DNA of 64,000 nucleotides from the human T2T-CHM13v2.0 reference genome, Homo sapiens: the NCBI RefSeq assembly GCF_009914755.1, contig NC_060931.1. One strand, given 5' to 3'. The notes under the pieces are model-generated. The model ran no database searches and had not been told where the DNA came from. It saw only the letters and a list, made by a program, of their open reading frames with translations. Below, piece after piece: positions 63,509 through 64,000 of the stretch (its first letter is position 1; every line of letters starts with the position of its first letter). The translations under genes and the position numbers were made by a program.

Positions 63509-64000
63509 TCATCAACACCTCCACCACCATCACCATCAACACTACCATCATCACCATCACCACCACCACCATTACCACAACCACTACCACCACCACCACC
63601 ATCACCACCAACACTGTCATCACTATCATCACCATCACCACCACGACCACCATTAGTATCACCATCAACACTACCATCACCACAACCATCATCGCCACAA
63701 CCACTACTGCCACCATCATCATCACCACCATCACTACCATCACCACCACCACCATCACCACCATTACCATCACCATCACCATCAGCAATACCATCACTAC
63801 CACCACCATCACCACAACCACTGCCACCACCACCACCATCATCACCACCACCATCACTACCATCACCACTATTACCACCACCACCACTATCATCATCACC
63901 ATCATCACCTCTATCACCATCACCACCACCACCATCACCACCACCATCACTACCACCATCACCCCCACCATCACCACCACCACCACCACCTCCACAACCA
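63509..64000. repeat. (CAC/CAT)n cryptic trinucleotide repeat, runs off the right edge
   Basis: About 490 bp of interleaved CAC/CAT/TAC/AAC triplets. Confidence 0.97.

Noticed and set aside
63471-63995. 174-aa Val/Met ORF
   Set aside because: Artefact of the triplet repeat.

Overview
Primate (almost certainly human) genomic DNA around the 5' end of COBL (cordon-bleu WH2 actin nucleator). The only supportable protein-coding sequence is COBL coding exon 1 on the minus strand (17853-17893, MDAPRASAAKPPTG followed by a GTAAGC donor), inside a CpG-island promoter (~16870-18810). Bases 1-17852 are COBL intron 1; ~18100-64000 is upstream intergenic DNA made mostly of transposon fossils: about 40 Alus, a ~9.5 kb old L1 interrupted by a MER41 LTR and a deleted MLT2/ERVL provirus, MER41A and MER50 solo LTRs, MaLR LTRs, hAT elements, L2/MIR/L3 fragments and microsatellites. 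I see no prokaryote-type system, RNA gene or new protein-coding gene. The best leads are (i) two overlapping uORFs joined by an AUGA stop/start in the COBL leader, (ii) RFX X-boxes and a duplicated EGR1/Sp1 module at the promoter, and (iii) three locally templated insertions within 2.6 kb (35.5-38.1 kb) that look like fossil template-switch repair. Repeat subfamily names come from remembered consensus sequences, and repeat boundaries are approximate.
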